DNA of 64,000 nt. It comes from Owenia fusiformis (Eukaryota). The notes beneath the pieces were generated by a model. The model was not told the origin of the DNA. It did not search any database and saw nothing but the letters and a program-made list of their open reading frames with translations. The stretch is taken from contig CAIIXF020000001.1 of assembly GCA_903813345.2 (NCBI GenBank), positions 9,920,001 to 9,984,000 of the forward strand. The letters run 5' to 3'. Both the position numbers and the translations under genes were made by a program. Positions 39,701 to 58,953 of the stretch are shown in pieces. How positions within the stretch are numbered: the stretch's first letter is position 1; the number at the start of each line of letters is the position of its first letter.

Positions 39701-40907
39701 AGAATAATAGATGATATGATTTTATTGCAGGTTAGCTTTGAGTTCCTTACAAGGGAGTTGCTCTGGCATGGCTTTGCTGTAAGTAGAAATTGTTATAATA
39801 CAGCGTTTTTCGAAACTGTTAACTTACAGCTATATAGATGTCGCAAATAAGTATATTCAAGAGAAGATAAGTCAGGGTTGAACTCATAATTACCTCTTTC
39901 ATTGCATGCAACCTTTTGACAATCTGTTCTCTGAGTAGTACTTCACATCATCTTGATGGTTTAATTGGGTGACATCAAGATTTCTACCAGAATTTGCCTT
40001 TTCATTCTTGACATTCTGATGAACCAACAATGTTCAACTTCCCATAACATACGTTACAATTTTATGTGTGTACAGAATTCTCAAGTCATTCTGTACAGAA
40101 TTTTATTTCATCCTATACTATAAATTGTGTTCCTACTGTTGACATGATATGTATTGGAGAATGATTAAATTATCTTTTATCTTTTTCAGGAATTTCTTTT
40201 CTTCATATTGCCTCTGATCAACTTCCAAAAATTGAAGAATTTTGCTATGAAGCATTTAATACCCTCCCAAATGAAGAGCTCTGCTTCATCACGGTGCAAT
40301 GCTGACTACAAGGAATGTGCTATATGTGGGGATTGGCCAACCATACCACATGAGATAGGATGTCAGCATGTCTTCTGTTACATGTGCATCAAGGTAAAAC
40401 AATTCTTCCTGCATCATTCCAAACTTACTCGGATTAAAGGAATTAGTAGAGACACATATTGTAAAATGTTGGAAACAATCTTTTCAAAATTCATGCCAAT
40501 TGATATTTCCCTTACATCATAATTTTACTTCTGAAAGAAGAATCGAGATATCTGCTCAAATTTTGAGATGCAGAAATGTTAATTAGAATTGAATAAAAGG
40601 ATGATCCCTTCGCGTGACATGGAATGATGAGCAAGAGTAAAATATATTGTAGCTTCTCAACTTGTGTCTGTCCCTCCTGGTCCCTTGAAGTGGAGTGCTG
40701 ATTTTTACATACAGAATAAAAGGGTATTTGAATTTTTATGTGAAAATTTATGTGTGTTGACAAAGTCGCAAAAATTATGACATTTCATTGTAGAGTAACT
40801 ATCTGGCTGACCCTGCTTACAACTGCCCTGTTTGTGGACACAGCATAGCAACCTCTGATGCAATACAACCAGTCACAATTACAGCTACTAGTATAGCTAC
40901 ATCATGA
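24757..40907 (+). CDS. PEX2: Peroxisome biogenesis factor 2 (Pex2/Pex12 N-terminal domain + RING finger), 8 exons, 302 aa
   Basis: Exons 24757-24798, 33152-33229, 33766-33828, 38217-38423, 39293-39445, 39731-39778, 40190-40393, 40794-40907 splice in frame (909 nt). Motifs LRVSQLDASEL, EPEL, TVGQS, LNFLVFLQNG, RELLWHGFAEFL, CAICGDWPTIPHEIGCQHVFCYMC...CPVC. Confidence 0.95.
25383..25413 (+). promoter_or_regulatory. ETS-CRE composite motif followed by a CTCF-like motif
   Basis: CGGAAGTGACGT (25383-25394) and CACCAGATGGCGCT (25400-25413), upstream of the SGNH ORF. Confidence 0.45.
25502..25608 (+). repeat. 107-bp direct repeat, copy 1 (contains AG|GTAAGC donor)
   Basis: Identical to 27550-27656. 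Confidence 0.95.
26470..27096 (+). CDS. SGNH/GDSL hydrolase (retroelement-type esterase), 208 aa, intact
   Basis: Block I VWIVGTSH, block II SGG, block III IQGGGND, block V DGVH; preceded by the acceptor ctcctttcag at 26465. Confidence 0.85.
   Translation: MAVRVWIVGTSHITRLRSYVDDNPWDFKNSPGFDEVYTERSGGTIEHLKSKVKAREPVVGQGFVSCFIQGGGNDISNKTADMQGNLEDISQEIAERLWSLATECAKHMGPNGKVLVGKLIHRTPSMKYPKGIQTEQHARRHNLVTDRVNVLLNSKSTDNIIYYRTRGVEQSIAEKLADGVHFKHSFMRVYRDSVMDGLFLGIGRAMHS
27550..27656 (+). repeat. 107-bp direct repeat, copy 2
   Basis: Identical to 25502-25608. Confidence 0.95.
28667..30900. mobile_element. Transib-like non-autonomous element with ~500-bp TIRs
   Basis: CACGCGGTAG...CTACCGCGTG termini, AATAC 5-bp TSD (28662-28666, 30901-30905); the intact left TIR of the host element shows aatac only once. 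Confidence 0.8.
29259..29964. mobile_element. hAT MITE nested in the Transib-like element
   Basis: TAGGGTGGTCCAAA / TTTGGACAACCCTA termini; 8-bp TSD ACCTATAA (29251-29258, 29965-29972). Confidence 0.85.
31225..31877. mobile_element. MITE with GAGTC...GACTC termini and internal gtgttcggaattacccc repeats
   Basis: ~25-bp TIR gagtcaatacgtccaaatccaaaca / tgtttggaaatagacgtactgactc; TAA on both sides. Confidence 0.7.
32693..33071. mobile_element. Non-autonomous element with 9-bp TSD (AcademH- or Mutator-like)
   Basis: TACCCT...AGGGTA ends, TSD TTAGAAGGC (32684-32692, 33072-33080); related pieces at ~35540-35594 and ~63637-63667. Confidence 0.75.
37132..37544. mobile_element. PIF/Harbinger MITE
   Basis: ~50-bp TIR GGGGAGGCATCAAAAG / CTTTTGATGCCTCCCC with TTA TSD. 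Confidence 0.85.
39007..39127. mobile_element. Tc1/mariner-type MITE
   Basis: ta|ctgtgaaacctgt ... acaggttttactg|ta. Confidence 0.6.
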
Positions 40908-41049
40908 ACATAGCAAAGGATTACATCATGTCATTAAGGCAACATGCAGCCATGTTATCCGGGAGGATTTTTTGAAAATTATCTGACTGTTAATCAGTTG
41001 ACTGTCAAGATTGGCTGTAGAAAATGAGCAATGCATAGAGATAAACAGC

Positions 41050-41180
41050 TTTTTATGTCACCACCACAAGTGGTGACATTGTATTATAGTGTCCAACATT
41101 TATGTGGATGGTGTTTGATCTTTGGTGATCAGCGTCTAACACATGGCAGGTGGTGACATTTTGCATGTTAACGCCTTGTT
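41050..41180 (+). mobile_element. Helentron-derived (HINE/DINE-like) short element
   Basis: TTTT + atgtcaccac..gtggtgacat hairpin, 3' subterminal ggtggtgacat, ends gccttgtt; homologs near 6770-6868, 11694-11845, 12854-12990 and 47140-47196. Confidence 0.6.
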
Positions 41181-44100
41181 AAAACATTCCAAGAGTAATG
41201 CAGTATACTTGACGTGCCAAAGAGATATTTTTGTATATATTTTTATTTTGATACATTATTTGTAATTTAACATTCAGTGTTCTGTTATTTTCGATTTGAA
41301 GGTCTTACGAATTTGAAGCCAACCACAATTTTTTAGGTTTCCATATCAGAATTGTGAAGTGTATTCTCTAGTATATTCTCTCGCAGTTATTTGACCCCAG
41401 GGTATAAGGCAGACACCCAAAATTTGAAATTGACCGAATTCACAGTAACATGCTTTTTTTTGCCAAAATTGTATGGAAATATATTTATTCAGATTTTTTT
41501 ATCAACTTAAACTGGAAATGAAGTCCAAAAGTAGAAAAGTACCCCCTTAAGCTAATTTTGCCTCGCCTGATACATTTGCCTCACCTGATACATTTGCCTC
41601 ACCAAATATTTAATCCTGGTTATGATCTAGTGAAGAAGAATTAATTCAGTATTTCATTCTATTGTTCTACTGCTTCCATGATATCATTTGCAATAGCATG
41701 ATTTCACTTCTCAAAGATTGCTTTATCTCCACGCTGAGTTAGAGATGACTCTTTTGAGTTAGACACAATCCTTTGATAGAGCCTACCCAATCAGAGTAAG
41801 GTTGTCCAAAATACAGTCTTTATGCCTTGGTAAGAAGTTGCGATTAATTTCATATTCCAACTCCCATTAAAGCCCAAATCAGCTATTTTTGAGTGTCATC
41901 AAGACCTTATCAGTTTCAAAACTGTTATATTTTTATTGTGACCAGAGGTTGAATTTAGTACTAGCTTCTGTATCATCCTTGGAAATAGGATTATGGACAG
42001 ATCCACATGTTATTAAAACTTATACATTATTAGCTTGATTAATAAAATGAATATTCTGTATTCTCTGTAATTAGAGCCTGGGGCATTTAGAAAATTGAAA
42101 AAACATCTATTTGTAATTAATTTTCTAAATATAACTCTGGAACTTATGTATAGATGTCACTTATGCTTAGCTTTCTTTGATGATTTCTTTTTTTTCTGTA
42201 AAGTGTCAAATAAACCATGATTTCTACACATCCGGATAAAAGCAAAATTATAACAAGTTACAAAGGAAATGTTAAGCCTATGTGTTTATCTCTGTAATAT
42301 CAATCAAGACACTTGCAGGGGCCTTGTTAGACTTTGGTGAAAACACGGAATGATCGCTTGGAGATATACCAGAGTTGTCTAATGATGTAAAATCAATTAA
42401 AATTTTACTTTTATCTAGAATGCTTGACACTAGCCGCCTCACTAAATAACCTCTTCCAAAAATAGAAATTATATTGAGACTTGACTCTATATATCTTGGT
42501 AGGTAAGTGAAGGTTAAGGGGAGGAGAGATCCTCAGTGGTGGCAGAGAATGTAAAGAAACACCTTAGCCGCCCCATAAAAATGAGATTATATTATTAAAT
42601 CTTTATATAAACGAGATTGGCTTACAATGCTGGCAGCATAGGGTAATAGAGTGCAATTTTATATTTAGTTCTGACACAGATATTGTTGCAAAGTTCCTGT
42701 CAATTTGACTTTGAAGCATGACTATGTCTAGTTGCCTACCTTCAATATATATTCATAGTTAAGTGTCTGAAGCTGGTGATCTTTAACTTCTTATTCAATA
42801 TATTTTGTTGTAAACATTGTCTAGGTCAGTATGGCCCTGGAAGAGTTTTTTTTATTGAAATTAATAATAAACCTTGTTTTCTGCAAATCCATGCACCCTT
42901 ATAATCAGGCCAGCAGGGAAATATTACAATTAATACACAATTTTGAATATTTTGCAAATAAGACATAATTACTACAAACAACATAAGTTTTGAAGATTGG
43001 GGTTTTTGCTTTGCTTTGTGTGAGTTATTTTATATTTATATTAAGTTATTTCTGTGAGTATAAAAAGGGGAGTAGCCAGGATCAAAAATTTGTCAGCAAA
43101 TGTGAATAGGTGAGGCAAAATTAGTCTAATCAGAATAGGAGGTAAATTATTATCTTTGGAATTCATTTCCAGTTATAGTCAAGAAAATGCCTGAATAACT
43201 ATACATGTATTTATTTAAAGGTGCAACGATTAGTGCAGAGGGGCCATTCAACATTCATCAACCAGTGTCAAAATATATTTAAGTTTGGGTATTTCATCAA
43301 GACTAAGACTAACATATATTTTTTATTATCTACAAAGAAACCGCCTTGATGATTTTATTTAAGCTGATATGGGTCTTAAAAATCTATAAATGGAACTCCC
43401 TTTATAGAACCTTTGAACTGAATTTACACTTCTTAATTCTGAAAATGATATTATCCATACATTTGAAGAAAATATGTATGTCAAAGAAGATGTTAAGCCA
43501 AATGTTGCCCTGATAGCTCAGGCTTTGTTGCCCCTTTAATTTTTTTTGATAGCTCAGGCCTTGTTGCCCCTTTAATTTTTTGGTGAGGCTGTTGCCTCGC
43601 CTGACTGATGTCTGGCCGTGCCCATAATTGAGATAACTCGTTCTCAATAGTACAGGTAGTAAAACTATCAAGTAAATAACATACATAACTCAACTTGGAT
43701 ATGAAACTCAAGGTTTAAGTTGTTGATTGGTCTAAGTGCAAACTTTATTCATTCACAAATGTACCTACTTTGGCAACTAAACAGCTCTGTTTGATACATG
43801 TACTTATTTATTCCATGGATGGGTCTATAATTCTTGGCAATATGGAAACTTTAAAATGACTGATTAGTCATAAAAACATGACATCCATTGATGTCATATT
43901 TGTTTCAATCATGCTAAAATATGGAAAATGACAACATATTTCCAGTATTCTTAGAATATTCCGAGTTCCCGTTTTGGTTCTCGTTGCACTTGATTGGCTG
44001 AGAAGAAGGGGTGTGTTTGTTTTAATGCTGTGTGAATGGCTGGTCCATTATTCTGACGTGAAAGGAAATAGTATTATAGTATTGTATTACTCTTGTTTAC

Positions 44101-45221
44101 TGGATAAGTGTACTGTAAGACGTGCTTTAGTTAATGTTTTACCTCAAATTATTTTATAGGTATCTAATCTCATTATTTACAACTTGATCATGCCCCTCAT
44201 AAATCAACTGATCAATCTCAAGTGGAGGGGAATAAATGGCTACATATTCATTATCATATATTAGTCAAAAGGAGGGCTTAAAGATCTCATCAATGCAAAA
44301 TAACAGGTCCCTATAAACTGTGTTTAACAAAATGATTGATCCCTGTGCCTGTATTGAAACATTTTGACTTAAAGGTCAGTTGCTTACATTTAAGGTCAGA
44401 CATTCTATTAGGAAAACATCTGCAGGCAAATATTGATAAATACCAGTACCTAATACATTATACAAAAATATGGAAGAGAAAAAAAGTGAGTAAAAATTTT
44501 ATATACAATTTCATCTAGGCTTATATACAGATACAAAAAGAAGCATTATTTTTAGCAAATTCACCATAAACAAAAACATTTGAAGGCTTAAAGCCAAAGG
44601 TACAGTTTATTAATAAACATTAAATGTCAACATAAATACTTATATGATAACCTTAAAAGCTCACCTGGGGCCACTTTAATAATATATATTTTGAAATATT
44701 TTGAAACATTCTATTCCCAATTATCAAATAAACCTTCAAATTAGAGTCAAGGAATTTTATTTAAGATGTTCTATTCTGTACACTATCCACTTTTACAGTA
44801 AGGTGAATGTACTGTGGAGTTGGTATTTAGGTAAAAAAGCAATAAGTTTCAACTTTATGTCAAGTCAAAACATAAGGGTGTATCCAGTTTTTGAACAAGG
44901 CCAGATAAAATGAGAAATGTTTAAAGCTGGTTTCAAGGGCAAACAGGTCCGATATTTTCCATGTTATACATGAGTAAAAATGATAAACTGATATAATCAT
45001 ATTGTTAAAATATTTTTGAGGTGAATATATCTCTGAGTATGATTTAATTAAATTTCTCGTTAAGTATCTCAACTGATGGCATGTTATTGATCTATATACT
45101 TATATAACTTAATAATTTTAATTAAGTTGCAGATGTTTATATTCTATTACAACATACATCCTACACCAGTATTATGTAATAGTGATTATGGTATGTTAAT
45201 AAAATGTGGCAGAGTCCTTTA

Positions 45222-45889
45222 CACACCAGATACCCTCAAAACGGTAAAGTCAGATACCGTTGTCACAAATGGCGGACGTAACCGTCGCTTCAATTAGATT
45301 TTCATGAACTGTATGTTTGATAGAGCGACTAGATTAAATTCCATTGGTAAAGCAATCATTCAAAGTGTTTTTCTACTTACCATTAGTTAAATATGTTCTA
45401 CCATCGAAATAAAGGCTTTAATTTTACCGATTGAAATATGACACAGGCAGCGGATACTGTATAAATGACAACTGTAGGTGTGGGTCAAATGTGATGTAAA
45501 ACTGGGGTGACAACGGTATATTATATGTAAAGACAAAGATAAAGTGTCTATTTACTGTTGTCATTTTCCTATGTCCCAATGCAATACATCCACCATAGTT
45601 CATTGTCACATATTACCATATGCCGTTGTCTCTGTAAATTATTTCAAATCCAGATTCCGTTGTCATTGATCATATTGAAGGCGCTATATTGTAGCAATTC
45701 ACATCCCCATTTGATAGAAATTGGGATTTCATATAAAACATCATCAAAAGAGCTTAATACACACACAGAATTAGCGACGATAAAGTCCCATGAAATGAGG
45801 ACCAAGTGAATAAAGAGTTGAAGCGACGGTTATGTCCACCATTTGTGACAATGGTATCTGACTTTACTGTTGTTAGGGTATTCCGTGTG
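45222..45889. mobile_element. Transib-like MITE
   Basis: CACAC...GTGTG ends with ~70-bp TIRs and CTTTA 5-bp TSD (45217-45221, 45890-45894). Confidence 0.75.
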
Positions 45890-46071
45890 CTTTAGATACA
45901 TATAGTATATCTAGATTTATCTAGAATACTAGTACATTGCATTCAATTCTAAGCAAAATACCTATTTTCGTGTTATGATCAAGAAGTTATATATAATTAT
46001 AAAAGAAAACTGATTACATGTAGACTTTAGGCCAAAACAAACTGTTCTAGTGTTGCTTGTATTATTTACAG

Positions 46072-52761
<6,690 letters not shown>

Positions 52762-52774
<13 letters not shown>

Positions 52775-53038
52775 TGCAAAAAATGAAAATCTCAAATTAA
52801 ACAAAAAGTTCTTCCACAATTATGCAGTTTTTCACCATCCTTAGCACTTTCCACGTGATTTTGAATAATTTGAAAAGTGAACCCCTTTGGCAAAAACTGG
52901 CTGTGTGTAATGCAAAAAATGAAAATCTCAAATTAAACCAAAAGTTCTTCCACAATTATGCAGTTTTTCACCATCCTTAGCACTTTCCACGTGATTTTGA
53001 ATAATTTGAAAAGTGAACCCCTTTGGCAAAAACTGGCT
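52762..53038 (+). repeat. 136-bp tandem duplication spanning the CDA stop codon and 3' UTR
   Basis: Two near-identical units bounded by TGGCT microhomology. Confidence 0.9.
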
Positions 53039-54468
53039 ACGGGCCTGATAGATAATGATATTGTATTTTCGGTGAATACCTTCTTTTCACAAGTGAAATT
53101 CCATGAAGCCAGCAGGGCTAGTGGAATATCATCTACTCACTGAAACTGTACTCACCGAAAATAGAATTAAATATTTGTTTTATTATTCACTATTATTTTC
53201 CTCACTCACTTTAATGGAATAAAATCATTACAATGTACTATATATTAAATTAAAATTAATCTGGTCTAAATCTTGAAGTTGTGACTGGTGAATATCATTT
53301 GATGTTCAGCAGAAATCATGTGACTTCGGTTGAATATCGCTTATTATTTTTCAGTCACATGTAGGATATGGATCAATCATTGTGAGGAATATAAATTGAT
53401 TGAAAATTATCATAATTAATGTTGAAAATCAATGAATGGTACCTTTTGCATTTGTTTGACTTGGCTTCAAGTTCTTAAAAGATAGGTTCATCTGCACCCT
53501 TTAAAAAGGGAATGCTCTGAACTCACTGAGCCAAAAAATCTGAGAATAAATGGACCACAAAGTCGCACGATTATTGTTGTAGACCATCACAATAATGTTG
53601 TTGCTTATTGTACATTCATGTATTGTTTAGCATATTTATTTATTTTCAAACTCAGTTTTAATTATTACTTGTATATTTATTTGATCTTAACTGTTATCAG
53701 TTCATATTATTAACATGACCTATTGTACATAATACATTGTATATGTATAGATTAGAATGTAATAAATTGTTATGTAGAATTCTATAAATGATAATTTGTT
53801 GTCTTATCATTATGCATGATTCATCTCTTGTCATGTTGAGAATTTGTTTAAAAAGATGTATTAGTCTGTATCGCTTGTTATTTTGTGTTCAAAAATAATA
53901 ATGTTTCATTTTTTGAACAAGTAGGAAAAGTCTTGTCTTATCTTTTCTACATCAATCCCATTCATATTCAGTGAAACCTGTATATCTGAAAATCTCTCTA
54001 AATTCAAATATCTCTCAATGTGAACACGTTTTTTTGGTTTTCGATTTCTTTTCTCCCCATGAATCACATATATAAAAAACATTGTACATGTATATGACTG
54101 AAATATTCTTGGCTGCTCCCAGTTGCATTTGGATTATACAGGTTTTTGACAATGAAATGATAATTGTTGCAATGTCTGTACTGCCTGTTAACAAAGCGGA
54201 CATCTTTCATACATTTAAAGGCCGCACTGTTAAAGTTAGAAAATATGCTTTTATCATTCATTTACTATTATTGTTCATGACTACAATAAAAGCCATTGGG
54301 GCCTTTAATTAATATTGAGTAGAATTTCAACATACCAGAGTGATACCTGGTCTAATTAGTATTGTACTGTATCTCAACTGGAAGGTGCCTAAATAAAGTC
54401 CATTGCTTCCGTGGTGTTTACGCTATATCGAGTTACATTCTAACTATAAAAGTTGATTTCATCCTTCA

Positions 54469-54491
54469 GTCACATGACATGGTCACATGAT
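54469..54491. promoter_or_regulatory. Tandem GTCACATGA E-boxes upstream of the PEX39-like gene
   Basis: gtcacatgac atg gtcacatgat, ~110 bp before a putative 5' UTR donor (ag|gtaaga at 54603). Confidence 0.4.
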
Positions 54492-54884
54492 CATGAAAAT
54501 GGAGAATGTTATGAAAAATAAAGTGTGATGTATTGTTGACATAAAAGCTTAAGAACCAGATAATTTATGAATATTATCATTTCCTTGGAAAGGAACGAGC
54601 TAGGTAAGATATTCGCCCTTCCAATGACATAGAAATTAGTTAGATATGACAATATTCTAGAGTGGATTTATGATTTTTAGTAAATTCTCCAGACCAATTT
54701 TTCAGATAAGAAATCAAACTTTGCACTGTAGTCTATACAAGTCTAAATGCAAATCCTCTTACTAGCCTAATGAAGTAGATTTATCACAATCTGACTTAAC
54801 TGTTTTGCCTTTCATTCATACAATCCTCAAACTTCATCACACACACACGCACACTTGAAAGCCCATGTCAGCATTCATGAGTGT

Positions 54885-55915
54885 TTAGTCCCCGTGTCAT
54901 TTGCTTAGTCTCCCCACGTCATTTGCTTAGTCTCCCAATTGTCATTTGCTTAGTCTCCCCATGTCATTTGCCAATCTTGTATCTTGCGTAACCTCCCCCA
55001 TGTTATTTGCTTAGTCTCCCCCATGTCATTTGCGTATTCTCCCCCATATTATTTGCTTTGTCTACGTCATGTCATTTGATAATCCCCCATGTCATTTGCT
55101 TTATCTTGTATTTTGCATATTTTCTCCCATGTCATTTGCGTGTTCTCCCCCATGTTATTTGCTTAGTCTCCCCCATCTCATTTGCGTATTCTCCCCCGTA
55201 TTATTTGCTTTGTCTACGCCATGTCATTTGATAATCCCCCATGTCATTTGCTTTATCTTGTTTTTTGCATATTTTCATTTGTTTAGTCTCCCCCATGTCA
55301 TTTGCTTAGTCTACCCGTGTCATTTACTTAGTCTCCCCTATATTATTTGCTAAGTCTCCCTCATGTCATTCACTTAGTCTGCCTGTGTCATTTGCTTTGT
55401 ATCCCCCAATCCCCATGTCATTTGCGTATTCTCCACCATATTATTTACTTAGTCTCCCCCATGTCATTTGCGTTTAAGTTTGAGAGAGTCAGCTTGAAAT
55501 TAAGTTTGAGGGTTTGAACTAAAAACATTATGTCATTTCGTAACTAGTGATATATGTAACATTGGAATGATGTTTTACTGACCTATTATTCCATTTATAC
55601 AAAGAAAATCAGCTGACAAAATTAACCTTCAGGTAGTGTTTCGGTGATAAATGCGTTTTAAAATAAAGTTATACAGTGTACCTCAAAACTGGCTTAAAAT
55701 GGGGATACACTTTTTTTTGAAAGGACACACTTTTTTAAAAAAATGCTTCCTTGGGACTCACAAATTTTAAACCTAATACAAGCACTGTCTACCCTATTTC
55801 ATTTGCATATTCTCCCCCATGTTATTTGCTTAGTCTACTCATTGTCATTTGCTTAGTCACTCCCATGCCATTTGCTTAGTCTCTCCCATAGCATTTGCTT
55901 TATCTCCCCTTATCT
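54885..55915. repeat. ~21-22-bp minisatellite (ccccatgtcatttgcttagtct) interrupted at ~55475-55790
   Basis: Many degenerate units with higher-order duplication. Confidence 0.9.
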
Positions 55916-55998
55916 AAAGTACAGTCTAATCTGATCACACGTTTAACTGTACTATAGACTAATGTTTTTCTTTTTCCAGATAGAGATACAACAATGCT

Positions 55999-56950
55999 AT
56001 GGAAGTCTCAATGAAACCAGATGCTGCAGAAGAAAAACTTAACAGGTTTTTACAATATGACTTTGAAAATGATGCTAGGTTTCAAGAAGGCTTGAAATCC
56101 CTTGAAAAATCTCAACCCTTCAATGGTGATACGGCTAAGGAAGATGTACAAATGAAACTCTTAGATGCCCAGCTGTTTTATTACTCAAGGTATGGTATTT
56201 TATGGTCACCTGCTTGTTCAATTGTGACACATTAGTGGTATGCCCATTGCCCATATTAAATATTATATGCAGCTCACGGTCACAATCCATCCAGACCTTT
56301 ATCATTACAAAGCTATGGCAAGAATGTTATTATGTTCTTGTCATTATATTCATCTTATGGTTCATTGACCATTTTTATATTGATAAAGCCTGAATAAGTT
56401 AAGACAGCTAAACTAACCAAATATTCCTGTTTACAGGTTTTTTGAAAAAATAACTAAAGAAGAATACACCAATGGAATGTCAAAGAAACCAACAGCAGGA
56501 GTTGATGCCATGAAGAGTGACAACAGTAAAAACATCAACACTGACCTATCAGAGGATGAAGATATTGTCAATGATAAAAATGAAGATGACAATCAAGCAT
56601 TAGCAATTAGTGCACCTGGCAACCAAGTGACAATTACAAATGATGTCTCTGAACAAGTAACTGCTCATGCATCCAATAACAGAGATGAAAGACATATTGC
56701 TCAATCAGAAAATGACCTAACAGTGCTTGATGCAAAACATGATGAAATAACTGATGACAAAGGTGCCAAACCAAAGAAACCTGACAATAAAATGGACAAG
56801 GATGGGACCCTGTCATTAAGCCAATTGTTAGATTTAGTAGAGTCAGGGCAAACCATACCAGGATTGGAAAATTTGAACATTGAGGCAACTGGAGCAGCTC
56901 CTACCCAGTCAGCAGCTTCTAGACCTAAGAAACCGTGGGAAAAAGATTGA
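55999..56950 (+). CDS. PEX39: PEX39/C6orf226-like peroxin (KPWE-motif protein), 2 coding exons, 234 aa
   Basis: Exons 55999-56189 and 56437-56950; N-terminal YDFENDARFQEGL...AQLFYYSR, C-terminal LSLSQLLDLVESGQTIPG...RPKKPWE. Confidence 0.82.
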
Positions 56951-58293
56951 TAAGTTTGTCGCTTGTTTGCCATGGACTCCCCCATTTTTATCAGTCAAAT
57001 CAGAGTGAGGCTTTGCAATATTATAGTGCATTACTTTTATTGCAAATTTCAGGTAGTATTTAAACCATGGTTTCAGTTATGATACTTCCCGCATTATATT
57101 TTCAGATCACTCTACCAATACACCAGTGTCATTGGATTGTTTTTGACCTTGAAAAGGTCATTGAAAGTCAAATCTTAAATTTAAAGTCAGATTTTAACTT
57201 CTGATGATGATTTTATAAAAACTGAAGTCAGTCTAAACAGTATTTGTTGAGTTATTGGAAGTTGTAAGAATTTGTTCCATACTCCAATTTCCCTGCTTAT
57301 CACCCTATTTCCTGATTTTGAGAGAATATGTTTTGAGAAACAATAAAAGGTCATTAGAAGGTGGTGTCAAATTACTACAGAAGTTGATTTTGAACTGTGA
57401 AGTTCAGACATGACTTCAAAATCACCAAAAAGTCGAGTGTCATTTTACATTGACTCCAAGCTTAGTGCAGCAAAGATGCTGGGATCACTAGGTCCACTCC
57501 CAGGTTTTTACATAAATTTTATAAGCACCTTTCATTGCTTTTCAAAAAGTTATATCAAAAATTATATGAAAACTGCTCATAATTCTGCCACCTGAAGTAC
57601 CTACTTTTTGCTAACAGTCAAGTTTCACATGAGCTATAGCACTGATCTTTCTTAAAATGATTGCTTAAGGTTATTTCTATGTTTGTCATGTACAAAAATA
57701 AAAATATCAATAATACTGAAGAAATAAAAAATACTTTGCCCCTAATAAGTGTTGTGTCTTAAATTTGCTCAAGTGATGGCAATGTAACATCAAAATTCAA
57801 AAGTAGGCATCCTGTCGGTATTTAAGAATATAATTAAAAATTTATATCCACTAAACTATTTAAACTATTGTTGGGAAAAGTCAACATGATTAATGTCACG
57901 TTTCTATTGCTTTTGAATTTTAAGAAAAAGTTTGTGTCAAAGTTTTAAATATATTGACTTTGTAAGTTTAAAAATATAGGGTTATGAAGGAGCAAAATCA
58001 AAGCCAATGCTCTTTGAAGACAGCTAATTGCCAGTCTCGAGTTTGATGAATTAGAATAGTGTTAAATAATCGACAAGACAAAAACAAGTAATAAATAATT
58101 TTTTGTGCTACGGGTGAACTTCTAAATGATACGATTTATCCAATAAAATTGTTTTATACCATAAATAATTCGACCCTATATTTTATCAAAGAAAATATCA
58201 CCCTATGCAGACAGAGCCTGTGGGAAATATTGGGTGCGGCGCAAATGAGCGGAGGGTGCGGAGCTAACGGTCATTTTTGAATTTAAAATTGGG

Positions 58294-58953
58294 ATATTTC
58301 TGAAACTAAGCCGTTTTGGGACTTCAAATATACCAAGATATGTGTATTTGACACCAAATATCAATAAAATTGTGAAAATAGTAGTGCAATTCATTTTATA
58401 GCGACGCAGTATGCCTTAAACATTTCCCAGACCTATATATTTTGAGACTATCCTTTTAATACTGCGTCCCCAGCATTCATAAAAAATGGTGTTCAAGATA
58501 CACTACCCATGCAAATTATTTTTGCATCTTGGAAGCCAGGCAGTATCTGTGTGATTTTATAAAAATTCGGAAATGTTCTTCAGATATGAGCCCCCTCTAA
58601 ATATTGGGTGCGGAGGTACGTTTATGCAGCTCCTCCGCACCCAATATTTAGAGGGGGCTCATATCTGAAAAACATTTCCGAATTTTTATAAAATCACACA
58701 GATACTGCCTGGCTTCCAAGATGCAAAAATAATTTGTATAGATAGTGTACCTTGAACACCATTTTTTATGAATGCTGGGGACTCAGTATTAAAAGGATAA
58801 TTTCAAAATATATAGGTCTGGGAAAGGTTTAAGGCACACTGCGTCGCTATAGAATGAATTGCGCTACTATTTTCACAATTGTATTGATATTTGGTGTCAA
58901 ATACACATATCTTGGTATATTTGAAGTCCCAAAACGGCTTAGTTTCAGAAATA
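58294..58953. repeat. Long near-perfect palindrome (~320-bp arms, ~15-nt spacer)
   Basis: tatttctgaaactaagccg...aatattgggtgcggagg mirrored about ~58624. Confidence 0.9.

Noticed and set aside
43800-45400. CDA first coding exon candidates
   Set aside because: No ATG with a convincing phase-1 GT donor could be singled out
54885-55475. ORFs 55007-55231 and 55030-55353
   Set aside because: Translations of a minisatellite
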